Shown: piece by piece, positions 46,570 to 58,021 of the stretch
How the letters are laid out: each line of letters starts with the position of its first letter
How positions within the stretch are numbered: the stretch's first letter is position 1
Assembly: GCA_011087645.1 (NCBI GenBank)
Contig: JAALLF010000014.1
Location: forward strand, 22,817 to 86,816
Direction: 5' to 3'
DNA: 64,000 nt
From: Alphaproteobacteria bacterium
GTDB lineage: Bacteria; Pseudomonadota; Alphaproteobacteria; UBA6615
Notes under the pieces: generated by a model
Database searches by the model: none
Seen by the model: only the letters and a program-made list of their open reading frames with translations
Told to the model about the DNA's origin: nothing
Position numbers and translations under genes: made by a program

Positions 46570-48498
46570 ATGACCCAATCGAAATTGCTTCCCAACCGTC
46601 GGCAAACAATTATCGCGCACGACATCTTCATGGCGGCCATTTCGTTTGTCCTCGCGCTACTGCTGCGCATGGGGGACGCGATCTACACCCTGCCCTTCGA
46701 TTTCATCGTTCAGGGCACTGTTTTGTTTACCGTCATCGCCGCCTCGGCCTTTTGGTATATGGGACTGTATCGCGGCATCTGGCGTTACGCCTCGACCAAC
46801 GATGTCATCCAGATTACCAAAGCGGTCACCGTCACCGTTCTGGTCTTTCTGCCGGTTTTGTTCCTGTGGAGCCGCGCTGAATTTCTGCCGCGCTCCTTCC
46901 CGGTAATCAACTGGTTCGTGCTTATCGCGCTGCTCGGTGGACCGCGCTTTGTGTTTCGCCTGTTCATGGATCGCAGCTTCGAATTCACCATCGAACAAAC
47001 CGCCAAAAGTGGCATTCCGGTTCTACTGGTCGGCGCCGGCGACGCCGCCGAGACCTTTATCCGCGAGATGTCCCGCCAACGTAGCACCGCCTATCGCATC
47101 GCCGGCATCTTGGACGAAAAAGGCCGCCGGGTCGGCCGCCATATTCATGACGTGCCGGTTCTCGGCACGCCGGACAACTTGCCCGCCGTGCTGCGCCGGC
47201 TTGCCTTGCGCGGGGTCCATCCGCAGCGCCTAATCGCCACCAAGCAGGAGCTCAGCCCGGAATTGCTACGCAGCCTGTTGGATATCGCCGAGGCCAACGG
47301 CATGACCCTGTCGCGGTTACCCCGTCTTACCGAGTTCCACAGCGGCGCCGCCGAGCGCCTCGACGTGCGCCCGGTCGATGTGGAAGATTTATTGGGGCGT
47401 CCGCAAGCGGTCTTGGACCGGCCGGCGATGGAGAAACTGATCTCCGGCAAACGCGTCCTCATCACCGGCGCCGGTGGCACCATCGGCAGTGAGCTGACCC
47501 GGCAGGTTGCCGATCTGGCGCCGGCGCAGCTCATCCTGGCCGATAACAGCGAGTACAATCTGTACGCCATCGACCTGGAGATCAGCCATCGAAACCCGGA
47601 CTTAGTCCGCGCCATGCGGCTCGCCGATGTGCGCGATCAACCGCAGATCGCCGGCGTTTTCGATGCTTACCACCCCGAACTGGTGTTCCACGCCGCGGCG
47701 CTGAAACATGTGCCAATCGTCGAGAGCCATCCCGGCGAGGGCGTGCTGACCAATGTCGGCGGGTCGCGCATCGTCGCGGATTTGTGCCTCGCCCACGCGG
47801 TCGACGCCATGGTGCTGATATCGACCGATAAGGCGGTTAATCCGACCAGCGTGATGGGCGCGACCAAACGCATCGCCGAAAGTTACTGCCAGGCCCTCGA
47901 CCGTCAACAGGCGGGAGCCCAAACCGAACATCGCTGCCGATTTATCACCGTACGCTTCGGCAACGTGTTGGGCTCCACCGGATCGGTCGTGCCCCTGTTC
48001 GAAAAGCAACTCGCGCGCGGCGGGCCGTTGACCGTCACTGACCCCAACATCACACGATATTTCATGACCACCCGCGAGGCGGTCGAGTTGGTGCTGCAAG
48101 CGTCGGCGATGGGCGTTGTCGATCGGGAGGCCGCTGGCAATATTTTCGTCCTCGACATGGGCGACCCGGTGCGCATCGTCGATCTGGCCGAACAAATGAT
48201 CCGGCTTTCCGGCAAGCGGCCCTATGACGATATTGAGATCGAGTTCACCGGACTGCGTCCCGGCGAGAAACTCTACGAAGAGCTGTTCCACGATACCGAA
48301 GCGACCCAACCCACCTCGAACCCGGCGATTCGCCTCGCTGCGCCGCGCACCGCTGACCGGGACGCGCTGGCCCGATCGATTGACGAGCTGATCGCCGCCG
48401 CCCGCGCCACGGATGAATTGCGCTGCCGGGCCGCCCTGCAGCGCCTGGTTCCCGAATATGTCGCCGATACCTCTCCCGGCATCGTCGCCGCAAAATAG
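46570..48498 (+). CDS. Membrane UDP-GlcNAc 4,6-dehydratase (WbpM/PglF/CapD)
   Basis: Four N-terminal TMs, [59 protein letters not shown]. Confidence 0.93.
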   Translation: MTQSKLLPNRRQTIIAHDIFMAAISFVLALLLRMGDAIYTLPFDFIVQGTVLFTVIAASAFWYMGLYRGIWRYASTNDVIQITKAVTVTVLVFLPVLFLWSRAEFLPRSFPVINWFVLIALLGGPRFVFRLFMDRSFEFTIEQTAKSGIPVLLVGAGDAAETFIREMSRQRSTAYRIAGILDEKGRRVGRHIHDVPVLGTPDNLPAVLRRLALRGVHPQRLIATKQELSPELLRSLLDIAEANGMTLSRLPRLTEFHSGAAERLDVRPVDVEDLLGRPQAVLDRPAMEKLISGKRVLITGAGGTIGSELTRQVADLAPAQLILADNSEYNLYAIDLEISHRNPDLVRAMRLADVRDQPQIAGVFDAYHPELVFHAAALKHVPIVESHPGEGVLTNVGGSRIVADLCLAHAVDAMVLISTDKAVNPTSVMGATKRIAESYCQALDRQQAGAQTEHRCRFITVRFGNVLGSTGSVVPLFEKQLARGGPLTVTDPNITRYFMTTREAVELVLQASAMGVVDREAAGNIFVLDMGDPVRIVDLAEQMIRLSGKRPYDDIEIEFTGLRPGEKLYEELFHDTEATQPTSNPAIRLAAPRTADRDALARSIDELIAAARATDELRCRAALQRLVPEYVADTSPGIVAAK

Positions 48499-48527
48499 GC
48501 CAGCCCCAACAGAAAGTAAGTCCGACA

Positions 48528-50114
48528 GTGCCCAATGTGACCGATACCCCAATTAAACGCGCCCTGATTTCCGTTTCCGACAAGACCGGCCTCACAGAGT
48601 TGGGGCATGCGCTGGTGCGCAACGGCATCGACATATTATCGACCGGGGGATCGGCCCAGACCCTGCGCGACGCCGGGGTGCCGGTTACCGACGTGGCCGA
48701 TCACACCGGGTTTCCGGAAATCATGGGCGGCCGAGTGAAAACTCTGCACCCCAAAATCCACGGCGGCATTCTGTCGCGGCGCAACCATGAAGGCGACGAG
48801 GCCGCCATGGCCGAACACAATATTGACGCCATCGATCTGGTCGTCATCAATCTCTACCCGTTCGAACAGACCGTCGCCGCCGACCAGGACTACGCCACCT
48901 GCGTGGAAAATATCGACATTGGCGGGCCGGCAATGATCCGCGCGGCGGCGAAAAACCACGCCGCGGTCACCACCGTCACCGACCCCGACGATTATGGCGA
49001 CCTTATCGCGGCAATCGAGGCGAATGGCGGCGCGACCCCACAAGACTTTCGCGCCCGCCTCGCCGCCAAGGCATATGCCCGCACCGCGGCCTATGATAGC
49101 GCCATCACCAGCTGGCTCAGCGGCGAACTCGGCGGCGAATTGCCCAACGGTTTCGCCACCGGCGGCGCGCGCAAGCAGGTGCTGCGCTATGGCGAGAACC
49201 CCCATCAGCGCGCGGCCCTCTATATCGGCGGTTCCGAGCGGCCTGGCGTGGCAACGGCCGAGCAAATCCAGGGCAAAGAGCTGAGCTACAACAATTTGGG
49301 CGACGCCGACGCCGCGTTCGAGCTGATTGCCGAGTTCGACGACCCAACCATCGCGGTGATCAAGCACGCTAATCCGTGCGGTGTGGCGACCAATGCCGAT
49401 CTGGTGACCGCCTATCGCACAGCGGTGGCCAGCGATCCGGTGAGCGCGTTCGGCGGTATTGTCGCCTCGAACCGGCCGTTGGACGCCGCGGCGGCCGAGG
49501 CGATCACCGAGATTTTCACCGAAGTCGTCATCGCGCCCGACGCCGACGCCGGCGCGCGGGCTGTTTTCGCGCGGAAGGAAAATCTGCGCCTATTGCTAAC
49601 CGGGACCATGCCCGATCCAAACACCACTGCGCTGATCGCCAAACCAATCGCCGGCGGCCTGCTGGTGCAGGACCGCGACACCGGGCGGATCACGGCGGAC
49701 GCTCTGAAGGTCGTGACCAAACGCCAGCCCAGCGATGACGAGTTGGCGGATCTGCTGTTTGCCTTCACGGTCTGCAAACACGTCAAATCGAACGCCATCA
49801 TCTATGTGCGCGAGGGCGCCACCGTGGGCATCGGTGCCGGCCAGATGAGCCGGGTCGATTCGGCCCGCATCGCCGCCTGGAAGGCCATCGCCGCGGCCGA
49901 GGCCGCCGGTGGCGGTGAGCCCAAAACAAAGGGGTCGGCGGTCGCCTCAGACGCGTTTTTCCCATTCGCGGATGGGCTATTAGCGACGATAGAGGCCGGT
50001 GCGACTAGCGTTATTCAGCCCGGCGGCTCGATGCGCGACGATGAAGTGATTGCTGCCGCCGACGAAGCCGGCATTGCCATGGTGCTGACCGGCATGCGCC
50101 ATTTTCGCCATTAG
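48528..50114 (+). CDS. purH: Bifunctional AICAR formyltransferase / IMP cyclohydrolase
   Basis: [54 protein letters not shown]. Confidence 0.98.
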   Translation: MPNVTDTPIKRALISVSDKTGLTELGHALVRNGIDILSTGGSAQTLRDAGVPVTDVADHTGFPEIMGGRVKTLHPKIHGGILSRRNHEGDEAAMAEHNIDAIDLVVINLYPFEQTVAADQDYATCVENIDIGGPAMIRAAAKNHAAVTTVTDPDDYGDLIAAIEANGGATPQDFRARLAAKAYARTAAYDSAITSWLSGELGGELPNGFATGGARKQVLRYGENPHQRAALYIGGSERPGVATAEQIQGKELSYNNLGDADAAFELIAEFDDPTIAVIKHANPCGVATNADLVTAYRTAVASDPVSAFGGIVASNRPLDAAAAEAITEIFTEVVIAPDADAGARAVFARKENLRLLLTGTMPDPNTTALIAKPIAGGLLVQDRDTGRITADALKVVTKRQPSDDELADLLFAFTVCKHVKSNAIIYVREGATVGIGAGQMSRVDSARIAAWKAIAAAEAAGGGEPKTKGSAVASDAFFPFADGLLATIEAGATSVIQPGGSMRDDEVIAAADEAGIAMVLTGMRHFRH

Positions 50115-50138
50115 AGAAAGTTAGCGGAGACACTGAGC

Positions 50139-50459
50139 ATGATCATCACCACAACGACCAACATTGAAGGCCACAACATCGCTAAATATCTCGGCGTCTG
50201 TTCCGGCGAAGCAGTGGTTGGCGCCAATATCTTCCGCGACCTGTTCGCCTCGATCCGCGATGTCGTCGGCGGCCGGTCGGGCAGCTACGAAAAGGTGCTG
50301 GCCGATGCGCGGCAGATGGCGCTCGACCATCTCGAAGAGCAAGCCGCCGAACGCGGCGCCGACGCTATCGTTGGTGTCGATCTCGATTACGAAGTGTTGG
50401 GCGAAAAGGGCTCGATGCTGATGGTGGTCGCCTCGGGCACCGCGGTGAAGCTAGGCTAA
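50139..50459 (+). CDS. YbjQ/UPF0145 family protein
   Basis: [46 protein letters not shown]. Confidence 0.92.
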   Translation: MIITTTTNIEGHNIAKYLGVCSGEAVVGANIFRDLFASIRDVVGGRSGSYEKVLADARQMALDHLEEQAAERGADAIVGVDLDYEVLGEKGSMLMVVASGTAVKLG

Positions 50460-50462
50460 CGT

Positions 50463-51764
50463 CTATCCTGAGAAATTTTCCGGGCGGTCGGATTCGCGCA
50501 CGGTCAGCAACAGCAGCCCGCCGATCACCAGAAACGGGATGACCGTGGCCAGCGCGATCCGCTGGCTGCCGTAGGAAAACGCGATCAGGCCGACCAGCCA
50601 GGGCCCGACAAAGGCCGTGGCTTTTCCCGATAGAGCAAATAGCCCGAACATTTCGCTCTCCATGCCCGGTGGGGTCATTCGCGCCATCATCGAGCGGCTG
50701 GCCGATTGCACCGGGCCAATAAAGATGCCCAGTGCAGAGCCGAGGATCCAGAACCACAGCGTGGTCTCGACCAGCAGCAAAGGCACACCGAGGGCGGTAA
50801 TGGCGACAAGGCCGATCAATATGGTCGGCTTGGCGCCGATCCGGTCGTCGATCCAGCCGAAGGCAAACGCACCCGCGCCGGCTGTGGCGTTGAGAACCAA
50901 TCCGAACATTAGAACCTGTTCAACGCTCATTCCGAAAGTGCCGGCGGCATAAATGCCGCCGAACGCAAACAGGGTGTTGAGGCCATCGGTGAAAATCATT
51001 CGCGCCAAAAGAAACCGCGCCAGTTGGCCGTGACGGGGCAGCGCCCGCAGGGTGCGCCCAAGAACGGCCAAACCCTCACGAATTGCTGCCGTGGCGGGCA
51101 GACCACGGCCTACCGGGTCAGGTGTCCAGAGGAACAGGGGCAAGCAAAACACCGCCAACCAAACGGCAACCACCGGGCCGACAATTCGCACATGCTCTGC
51201 CGCATCTTTATCGAGTCCAAGCAGCGGCGGGTCGGACTTTAGGAAGGCAAACAGTACCAGGATCATGGCGACGAGCCCGCCGAAATAGCCTAGGCCCCAC
51301 GCCCAGCCCGACACCCGACCGACATGACTTACTGGCACCAATGTCGGCAGCAATGCGTTGTAGAACACCATGCCAATCTCAAACGCCACGACCGATATCC
51401 CGACCAGCCACAGCAAGAGAACCGCGTTGGCGGCGTCGGGCTCTACGAACCACAGCAGGGCGGAGCCGACTGCCAAGATGACCGTAAATACAACCAGCCA
51501 GGGCTTGCGATGGCCGCCTTGGTCGGCGATCGAGCCCAAGATCGGGCTGACGAATGCAATGACCAGCGCCGCGGCGCCGGTCATGAACGCCCATTGCGAC
51601 GTGGCGGTCGCAGCGTCACCGACAACGGCTTGGGCGAAGTAGGCCGGAATGACAAAAGTCAGGATAATCGCCGGGAACGGTGAATTCGCCCAATCGAAGA
51701 GACACCATGAAAATACCGGGCGACGCTCAAAAGCGCGCGCCGGAGAACTGACGGAATCGGTCAT
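50463..51764 (-). CDS. MFS transporter (UMF1/ATG22-like)
   Basis: SWCLFDWANS, FYNALLP, GWAWGLGY.GG, QSASRSMMAR, EMFGLFALSGK. Confidence 0.9.
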   Translation of the reverse strand: MTDSVSSPARAFERRPVFSWCLFDWANSPFPAIILTFVIPAYFAQAVVGDAATATSQWAFMTGAAALVIAFVSPILGSIADQGGHRKPWLVVFTVILAVGSALLWFVEPDAANAVLLLWLVGISVVAFEIGMVFYNALLPTLVPVSHVGRVSGWAWGLGYFGGLVAMILVLFAFLKSDPPLLGLDKDAAEHVRIVGPVVAVWLAVFCLPLFLWTPDPVGRGLPATAAIREGLAVLGRTLRALPRHGQLARFLLARMIFTDGLNTLFAFGGIYAAGTFGMSVEQVLMFGLVLNATAGAGAFAFGWIDDRIGAKPTILIGLVAITALGVPLLLVETTLWFWILGSALGIFIGPVQSASRSMMARMTPPGMESEMFGLFALSGKATAFVGPWLVGLIAFSYGSQRIALATVIPFLVIGGLLLLTVRESDRPENFSG

Positions 51765-51799
51765 AGGTTTAACCTAGAGCAGTATCGCCCCAGATAGAA

Positions 51800-52723
51800 T
51801 CAATTCCGTGCCGGCGATCGCCGAGGCCGCCAGTTGGATAGTGCGATGCCGACGATGACAAGCGCAAATCCGATGACCATCGGGCGGGTCACCGGCTCGC
51901 CGAGCAAAACCGCGCCCCACAACAACGCCATCAGCGGATTCATGGGTAGCGATACGGCAACCAGAGTCGGCGTCGTATGCCGCAGCGCCCATAGCCACAA
52001 CATGTAGGAGATCGCTGCACCGAACAGTCCAAGAAAACCCACCGCGAGCCAGCCGGTGGACGACAATTCCGGACTCACCGTGGGCGCGCCCAGCGCCTGC
52101 GCCACGATGAACAGCAATAACGTGCCCGGCAGCACGCCTGTTACCGCCACAACCAAAGGTTCGTGTAATCGCAGCCACCGGCTAGACCAGACATTGAAGA
52201 CGGCCGAAATCAGCGCGCCGAACAGCACCAATAGATCACCGATCCAGGCGTTCGGCGGCGCCGTCGACGACGACTGCCATAGCGCCACGACGACTCCGGC
52301 AGTCGCCAGGACGACCCCGGCAACTTTAAATCGGGTAGTCGGTTCGGCGCGAAATAGGGCCGCCAGCGCCAATGTCATGAACGGCGTCGTCATATAGGTC
52401 AACGCCGCGCGGCCCGAGGTGGTGAACGTCAACGCGTTGGCGAACAGGAACTGCAACCCGCCGAAAAATGCCGCGCCCATAATGCCAATGACCACCAGCT
52501 CGCGTGGGCCCGGCCAGCGGCGAACCATGGCGAACGCCAAGGGCGTCAGCACCAGCGCCGCACCGGCGTTGCGTAAAAACGCGATGGTGACCGGGTCGGT
52601 TTCGGTGACCAGAAACCGCATGGCGACAAATGACGAGCCGCCCATCGAGGTCGACAGGCAGGCCGCCAACGCGGCCCAAATCGCCAAACGGCCGGCGCGC
52701 GCCGCCGCGTCATTTGCAGTCAT
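51800..52723 (-). CDS. DMT/EamA family transporter
   Basis: About 10 TM helices in two EamA repeats; GDLLVL, LLGEP. Confidence 0.88.
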   Translation of the reverse strand: MTANDAAARAGRLAIWAALAACLSTSMGGSSFVAMRFLVTETDPVTIAFLRNAGAALVLTPLAFAMVRRWPGPRELVVIGIMGAAFFGGLQFLFANALTFTTSGRAALTYMTTPFMTLALAALFRAEPTTRFKVAGVVLATAGVVVALWQSSSTAPPNAWIGDLLVLFGALISAVFNVWSSRWLRLHEPLVVAVTGVLPGTLLLFIVAQALGAPTVSPELSSTGWLAVGFLGLFGAAISYMLWLWALRHTTPTLVAVSLPMNPLMALLWGAVLLGEPVTRPMVIGFALVIVGIALSNWRPRRSPARN

Positions 52724-52805
52724 TACGGTTCGCCTGAAGAGCTAGGGGATGATCGGGCCCGTCTTCTTAGCCCAGGTCACCGGAAATGCCCATGCGCGAC
52801 GCCGA

Positions 52806-55800
52806 CTAGCCGGCGATAAGTGATCGCAATTGCGCGTTCGCCACTGTCAGCATGGCCAAATCGACTTGCTCGACCGCCCGCAATTCGTCCATCAGCTGAT
52901 GCGAACGGGTCACCGCGCCATCGTGGCCGTCGAGCCACATCTCGATCAAGCCCGAGGCGGCGCGCTGATTTAGCTTGCCGCCGCCCGCCATATCGAGCAC
53001 CCGCGTCGTCAATTCCGACTGATGGTGGTAGCTCTCATCAACAATCGCCGCCAGGGCCAAAGCTTCCCAATCGCTATCGCCGCTGACCCGTTTGGCCGCA
53101 TGGCGCAGCCAGTCGATACCCAACCGGGCGCCAATGGCGAAGTACATGCGTCCGCAATCGACCACCGGCACGCCTGAGTTCGTTGCAATGCGCACGATAT
53201 CGCCCGCCGCGGGCAAAACTTCCAAGCTGGCAATGCGGCTGGCCAGATCTTCCGGCACATGCTCGGCCGCCAAAGTGGCGGTGCGGACCGCCATGGCGTT
53301 GTGATCGTCTTCGGCGACGATCTCCGGCATATTGTCGACCAGCTCGGCGATGCCATCGGTATATTGCGCAATCGCCGCCTCGATCGAGATCGGTGTGCTG
53401 AGATTTTCCAAAAACCATTGGCTCATGCGTTCGGCCAGGGTGGCAACGTCGGCGATCATCTCGGTTTGCAACGCCGCCGGCACCTTATTATCCAGCGCCT
53501 CGATCTCTCGCCAAATCGGCCGAAGTTGGAAGGCATCGCGCGCCACCACATAGGCCCGCGCAATGTCGGCCGGACCGGCGGCGGTTAACTCTTCGAGACG
53601 GTGCACAAAAGTAGCGCCGAGCCGGTTAACCAGCGAGTTGGTGACGTAGGTCGCGACGATTTCGCGCCGCAAACGATGGCGGGCGATGTGATCGGCATAA
53701 TCACCGCGAATCAATTTCGGGAAATACCGCGCCAGATCGCCGACCAGATAAGGATCGTCGGGGACGTCGGTAGGTAGTAGATCGCTGTATAGGGCCAGTT
53801 TCGAATAGGCGAAGGTAACCGCGGATTCCGGCCGCGTCAGACCCTCGCCATTGGCCAGCCGGTCGGCGATCTCTTCATCGTTGGGCAAGTTCTCAATCGG
53901 CCGGTCGAGCAGACCGCGACGTTCCAGCGCCCGCATGAAGTGCCATTGGCTATCGAGCAGCTCCGGCGCTTTAGCCTCGGCAACCGTAATCGCCTGGGTC
54001 TGCAGATAGTTATCGTTGAGCACCAGATGCGCCACATCGTCGGTCATCGCTTCCAACAACTCGTTGCGCTGATCGACCGTGATCTCGCCCTGCATCACCG
54101 CGTCGTTGAGCACGATCTTGATATTGACCTCATGGTCCGACGTGTCGACACCGGCCGAATTGTCGATGAAGTCGGTGTTCAGGCGGCCGCCGGCGCGCGC
54201 ATATTCGATGCGCCCGAGCTGGGTAATCGCCAAATTGGCGCCCTCGCCCAGTACCCGGCAACGCAACTCTTTGCCGTCCACCCGCAAGGCGTCGTTGCTG
54301 CGATCGTCGGCCTCGGCGTGGCTCTCGCGCGATGACTTGATATAGGTGCCGATACCGCCGAACCACAGCAGATCGACCTGGCTGACCAGCATCGAGCGAA
54401 TGAGTTCGTTGGGGGTGACTTCATCGGCCTCGATATCGAACAGCGATTTCATCTGCGATGTCACTTTGACCGACTTGGCCTTGCGGTCGATGATACCACC
54501 GCCCTTCGAGATCAGTTTGGCGTCGTAATCGGCCCAATTGGAACGCGCCAGACGGAACAACCGTCGGCGCTCGGCATGGCTTTTCGCCGGATCCGGGTCG
54601 GGATCGATAAAGATGTGCAAGTGGTTGAAGGCGCCGACCAGCTTGGTGTGCTTCGACAACAGCATACCGTTGCCAAAAACATCGCCGGACATGTCGCCCA
54701 CGCCCACCGCGGTGAAAGGCTGGTTTTGAATATCGCGGCCGATTTCGCGGAAATGGCGCTTCACCGATTCCCACGCGCCGCGCGCGGTGATGCCCATCTT
54801 CTTATGGTCGTAGCCGACCGAGCCGCCCGACGCATAGGCGTCGCCCAGCCAGAAGCCGTAATCCTCGCTGATGCCATTGGCGATATCGGAGAATGTCGCG
54901 GTGCCCTTATCGGCGGCCACAACAAGATAGGGGTCGTCGCCGTCATAGCGCACGACGTCTTTCGGCGGAATTAGATCGGTACCCGACAGATTGTCGGTCA
55001 AATCGAGCATGCCGGCCATCAGTGTGGAATAGCAGGCGATCACTTCGTTCATGGTCGCTTCGCGGTCCGCCGCCGGGTCGCCGGTGGGGGCGGGCAACTG
55101 CTTGCACACGAAACCGCCCTTCGAACCGACCGGAACGATAACGGCGTTCTTCACCATCTGCGCTTTTTGCAGGCCGAGCACTTCGGTGCGGAAATCCTCG
55201 CGCCGGTCCGACCAGCGGATGCCGCCGCGCGCCACGTCGCCACCGCGCAGATGGCAACCCTCCATGCGCGGGCTATAGACGAACACCTCTTTCAGTGGCC
55301 GTGGCTCGGGCAGACCGTCGACCGACCGGCTGTCGATCTTAAACGACAGATAGGGTTTTTCTTCGCCGGCCTCGTCTTTCTGGAAATAGTTGGTGCGCAG
55401 GGTCGCCTCGACGGCGTTGGCGAACCGGCGGATGATCCGGTCTTCGTCCAGGTTCGACACATTCTCTAGCGCTGCGGCAATATCGCCGCTCAACGCCTCG
55501 GCCTTGCGTTTCACAGCCTTGGCGCGGCTTTTCGGGTGAAGCCGCAGGCGGGCGTGGAACAGTTCAACGATTAAGTGCGCCAGGTCGGCATTGTTCGCCA
55601 GGGTCTCTTCCATATAGGGCTGGGAGAAGGGAATGCGCGCCTGTAGCAGAAACTTACAATAGGCCCGCAAAATCACCACATCGCGCCATTCCAGACCAGC
55701 GCCGATGACCAGCTTGTTGAACCCATCATCGCCGACCAGGCCAACGAAAACGCGCGCAAAGGCTTCATGGAACTTTTCACGCACCGATTTGAGATCGACG

Positions 55801-57692
55801 TCCGCGCCAGAGCGGGTTCGCATGGCAAAATCGTGGATCCAGACAGCGCCGGTGCCATCGCCATAGCGGTAGGAAATCTCAAACGGCTCCTCGCCAACCA
55901 CCTTGAGACCCATATTTTCCAACATCGGCAGGACATCGGATAAGGGCAGCGAGGTCGCATCGTGGTAGAGCTTCAGATGCACCGCATCGGCAGGATCTTC
56001 CGGCCGCTGGTATAGGTTCAATCCCAATTCGCCGTTGAGGCGCACTTCGTCGATATGCTCGATATCGGCGACCGCCGCTTCGCTCGTGTGGCGTTCGCGG
56101 TATCCCAGACTGAACGCATCGCTGTAGCGCTCGTAAAGAAGCAGGCCGGTATTTTCGCCTTTGGCCGCAATGAGCGCGTCGCGCAACGTGTCGCTCCACG
56201 AGCGGGCGGCCTCGCGCAGCTCCGCCTCGATATCGTCGATCTTGTAGGTGGGAATACCCTTGGGGCCGGCCTTGATGATGTACAAAATTCGCGCCAGCAC
56301 GGATTCCGTGCTGAATTCCGGTGAGAACGCGACGGTCGATCCGCCAAACCGCCGTTCGAGAATCTTGGACAGCTTGAAACGCAGATCGGTGTCGTAGCGG
56401 TCGCGCGGCACGAAAACCATCCCGGTGAGGTAACGTTTAAACGGGTCCTCGCGCACAAATAGCGCGGTGTGCTGGCGCTCCTGCAAATGCAAAATGCCCA
56501 TGGCGTTGTCGAACAGCGTGTCGGGGTCGATCTGCCAGAGCTCGTCGCGGGGATAATTCTCCAAGATGTGGGCCAACGCCTTGGCGTCGTGACTAGCCGG
56601 CGGGAATTCCGCCCGGGTCAGCGCATTGGCGACCTTCTGACGCAACAGGGGAATATTGATCGGCGAGCGGCTATAGGCGGCCGACGTAAACAAGCCGACC
56701 AGCATGCGTTCGCCGATCACTTTGCCGGCCGCGTCGAATTTCTTGACCCCGATGACATCCATATGGACCCGGCGATGCACGGTCGAACGCTGGTTTGCCT
56801 TGGTCAACATCAACAATTGGGGCTGGCGCATGAAGGCGCGAATTTCGCTCGGCAAAGGGTCATTGTCCGCCCAGCTTTCGAAAATGCTGCGATCGGCGTC
56901 GCGCAACACGCCCAAAGCGCCCGGCGCGGTCTTCAGTTTCTGGCTCTTGCCGCTGCCGACATGGTCGTATTCGCGATAGCCCAGGAAGGTGAAATGGTTG
57001 TCGTTGATCCATTCCAGGAAGGCTTCGGCTTCCTTGACGTCCTCCAGGGGCAATTGCGGCGGCTTGGCGCGCAGATCGTCCAAAATCTCGTTGGCGACGT
57101 CGCACATTTTTGGCCAGTCTTCGACCGACGCGCGGACGTCCGACAAGACGCTTTCGAGCTGCGCGGTAATGTGCGCGATGGTGGCGGCGTCGGTCTGCTC
57201 GTTGACCTCAAAATGCATAAAGCTTTCAGGCTTGCCGGCCGCGGCCCCACCATTGGGGGCGCCGGTGCAGTCGAGCAACTTGCCCGATTTATCGCGCTCT
57301 ATATTGACGATTGGGTGGATAACCAAATGAACTGTCAGGCCCTGATAATTCAGCTCGGCGGTAACCGAGTCGACCAGGAACGGCATATCGTCGTTGAGGA
57401 TTTCGATGACTGTATGGCTGGTTTGCCAACCATGCTCGCCCTTCGCCGGGTTGAAGATTCGGATCTTCGGTTGGCCGGGTTTGCGCTTCTGCGCAAATTC
57501 CCAGAACGACGCCGCCGCGCCATAAAGATTGTCGACGCTTTGTTCGGCAATATCGGTCGGCGGCACATTCGCATAAAGAGTGCGCATGAATGTCTCGGCG
57601 ATCTTACCGCCACGGCCCTTATCTTCACTTCGGGCTTTCTGAGCGACTTGATCGATCAACGCTTTGCAATGCGTCTCAATACGCGGGGCCAT
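52806..57692 (-). CDS. gdhB: Large NAD-specific glutamate dehydrogenase (GdhB/GdhZ type)
   Basis: 1628 aa; DDMPFLVDS, RGGIRWSDR, KNAVIVP.GSKGG, DDPYLVVAADKGTA, GVGDMSGDVFGNG, EGANL. Confidence 0.96.
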   Translation of the reverse strand: MAPRIETHCKALIDQVAQKARSEDKGRGGKIAETFMRTLYANVPPTDIAEQSVDNLYGAAASFWEFAQKRKPGQPKIRIFNPAKGEHGWQTSHTVIEILNDDMPFLVDSVTAELNYQGLTVHLVIHPIVNIERDKSGKLLDCTGAPNGGAAAGKPESFMHFEVNEQTDAATIAHITAQLESVLSDVRASVEDWPKMCDVANEILDDLRAKPPQLPLEDVKEAEAFLEWINDNHFTFLGYREYDHVGSGKSQKLKTAPGALGVLRDADRSIFESWADNDPLPSEIRAFMRQPQLLMLTKANQRSTVHRRVHMDVIGVKKFDAAGKVIGERMLVGLFTSAAYSRSPINIPLLRQKVANALTRAEFPPASHDAKALAHILENYPRDELWQIDPDTLFDNAMGILHLQERQHTALFVREDPFKRYLTGMVFVPRDRYDTDLRFKLSKILERRFGGSTVAFSPEFSTESVLARILYIIKAGPKGIPTYKIDDIEAELREAARSWSDTLRDALIAAKGENTGLLLYERYSDAFSLGYRERHTSEAAVADIEHIDEVRLNGELGLNLYQRPEDPADAVHLKLYHDATSLPLSDVLPMLENMGLKVVGEEPFEISYRYGDGTGAVWIHDFAMRTRSGADVDLKSVREKFHEAFARVFVGLVGDDGFNKLVIGAGLEWRDVVILRAYCKFLLQARIPFSQPYMEETLANNADLAHLIVELFHARLRLHPKSRAKAVKRKAEALSGDIAAALENVSNLDEDRIIRRFANAVEATLRTNYFQKDEAGEEKPYLSFKIDSRSVDGLPEPRPLKEVFVYSPRMEGCHLRGGDVARGGIRWSDRREDFRTEVLGLQKAQMVKNAVIVPVGSKGGFVCKQLPAPTGDPAADREATMNEVIACYSTLMAGMLDLTDNLSGTDLIPPKDVVRYDGDDPYLVVAADKGTATFSDIANGISEDYGFWLGDAYASGGSVGYDHKKMGITARGAWESVKRHFREIGRDIQNQPFTAVGVGDMSGDVFGNGMLLSKHTKLVGAFNHLHIFIDPDPDPAKSHAERRRLFRLARSNWADYDAKLISKGGGIIDRKAKSVKVTSQMKSLFDIEADEVTPNELIRSMLVSQVDLLWFGGIGTYIKSSRESHAEADDRSNDALRVDGKELRCRVLGEGANLAITQLGRIEYARAGGRLNTDFIDNSAGVDTSDHEVNIKIVLNDAVMQGEITVDQRNELLEAMTDDVAHLVLNDNYLQTQAITVAEAKAPELLDSQWHFMRALERRGLLDRPIENLPNDEEIADRLANGEGLTRPESAVTFAYSKLALYSDLLPTDVPDDPYLVGDLARYFPKLIRGDYADHIARHRLRREIVATYVTNSLVNRLGATFVHRLEELTAAGPADIARAYVVARDAFQLRPIWREIEALDNKVPAALQTEMIADVATLAERMSQWFLENLSTPISIEAAIAQYTDGIAELVDNMPEIVAEDDHNAMAVRTATLAAEHVPEDLASRIASLEVLPAAGDIVRIATNSGVPVVDCGRMYFAIGARLGIDWLRHAAKRVSGDSDWEALALAAIVDESYHHQSELTTRVLDMAGGGKLNQRAASGLIEMWLDGHDGAVTRSHQLMDELRAVEQVDLAMLTVANAQLRSLIAG

Positions 57693-57948
57693 CTACCGTT
57701 ACTCCTGTACACATTTACACCCACTCGCAACAACGCCGCGCCGGCGCGCACGGTGGGTCAATTGCCAACCTAACGGCCATTTGGAAAAACATAGTTAACA
57801 CCAGAAAGAATTCATTAACCATATTAAGGGTAACGTTGCATGGCTATTGCGAATTGTATTGCGCGTCCGCGACACGAAACGACACCGGGGGCCGCAGATC
57901 AGCTCGGGACCTGCTACAGGGATCGGGTGGATAGATGCGATACGCGAC

Positions 57949-57981
57949 AAAAAAGGGGGTGGCGAATACGCCACCCCCTTT
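57949..57981 (-). terminator. Rho-independent terminator of the SBP gene
   Basis: AAAGGGGGTGGCG-aata-CGCCACCCCCTTT perfect stem, with a T-tract on the minus strand, ~40 bp after the stop at 58022. Confidence 0.85.
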
Positions 57982-58021
57982 CTCTTGCCAGCCCAAGAGC
58001 CGGCGATAACAATTGAACCAA

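Larger units (their letters stand above)
6564..48527. other. ~42-kb surface-glycan (LPS/capsule/protein glycosylation) biosynthesis island
   Basis: About 37 contiguous nucleotide-sugar, transferase, tailoring and regulatory genes between heparinase II/III and purH; AT-richer core; no mobility genes seen. Confidence 0.85.

Noticed and set aside
6564-48527. Island as an integrative mobile element or prophage
   Set aside because: No integrase, transposase, phage gene, tRNA or att-like direct repeat seen
56469-57773. 434-aa + strand ORF
   Set aside because: Antisense shadow of the glutamate dehydrogenase gene; typical high-GC codon artefact with no motifs
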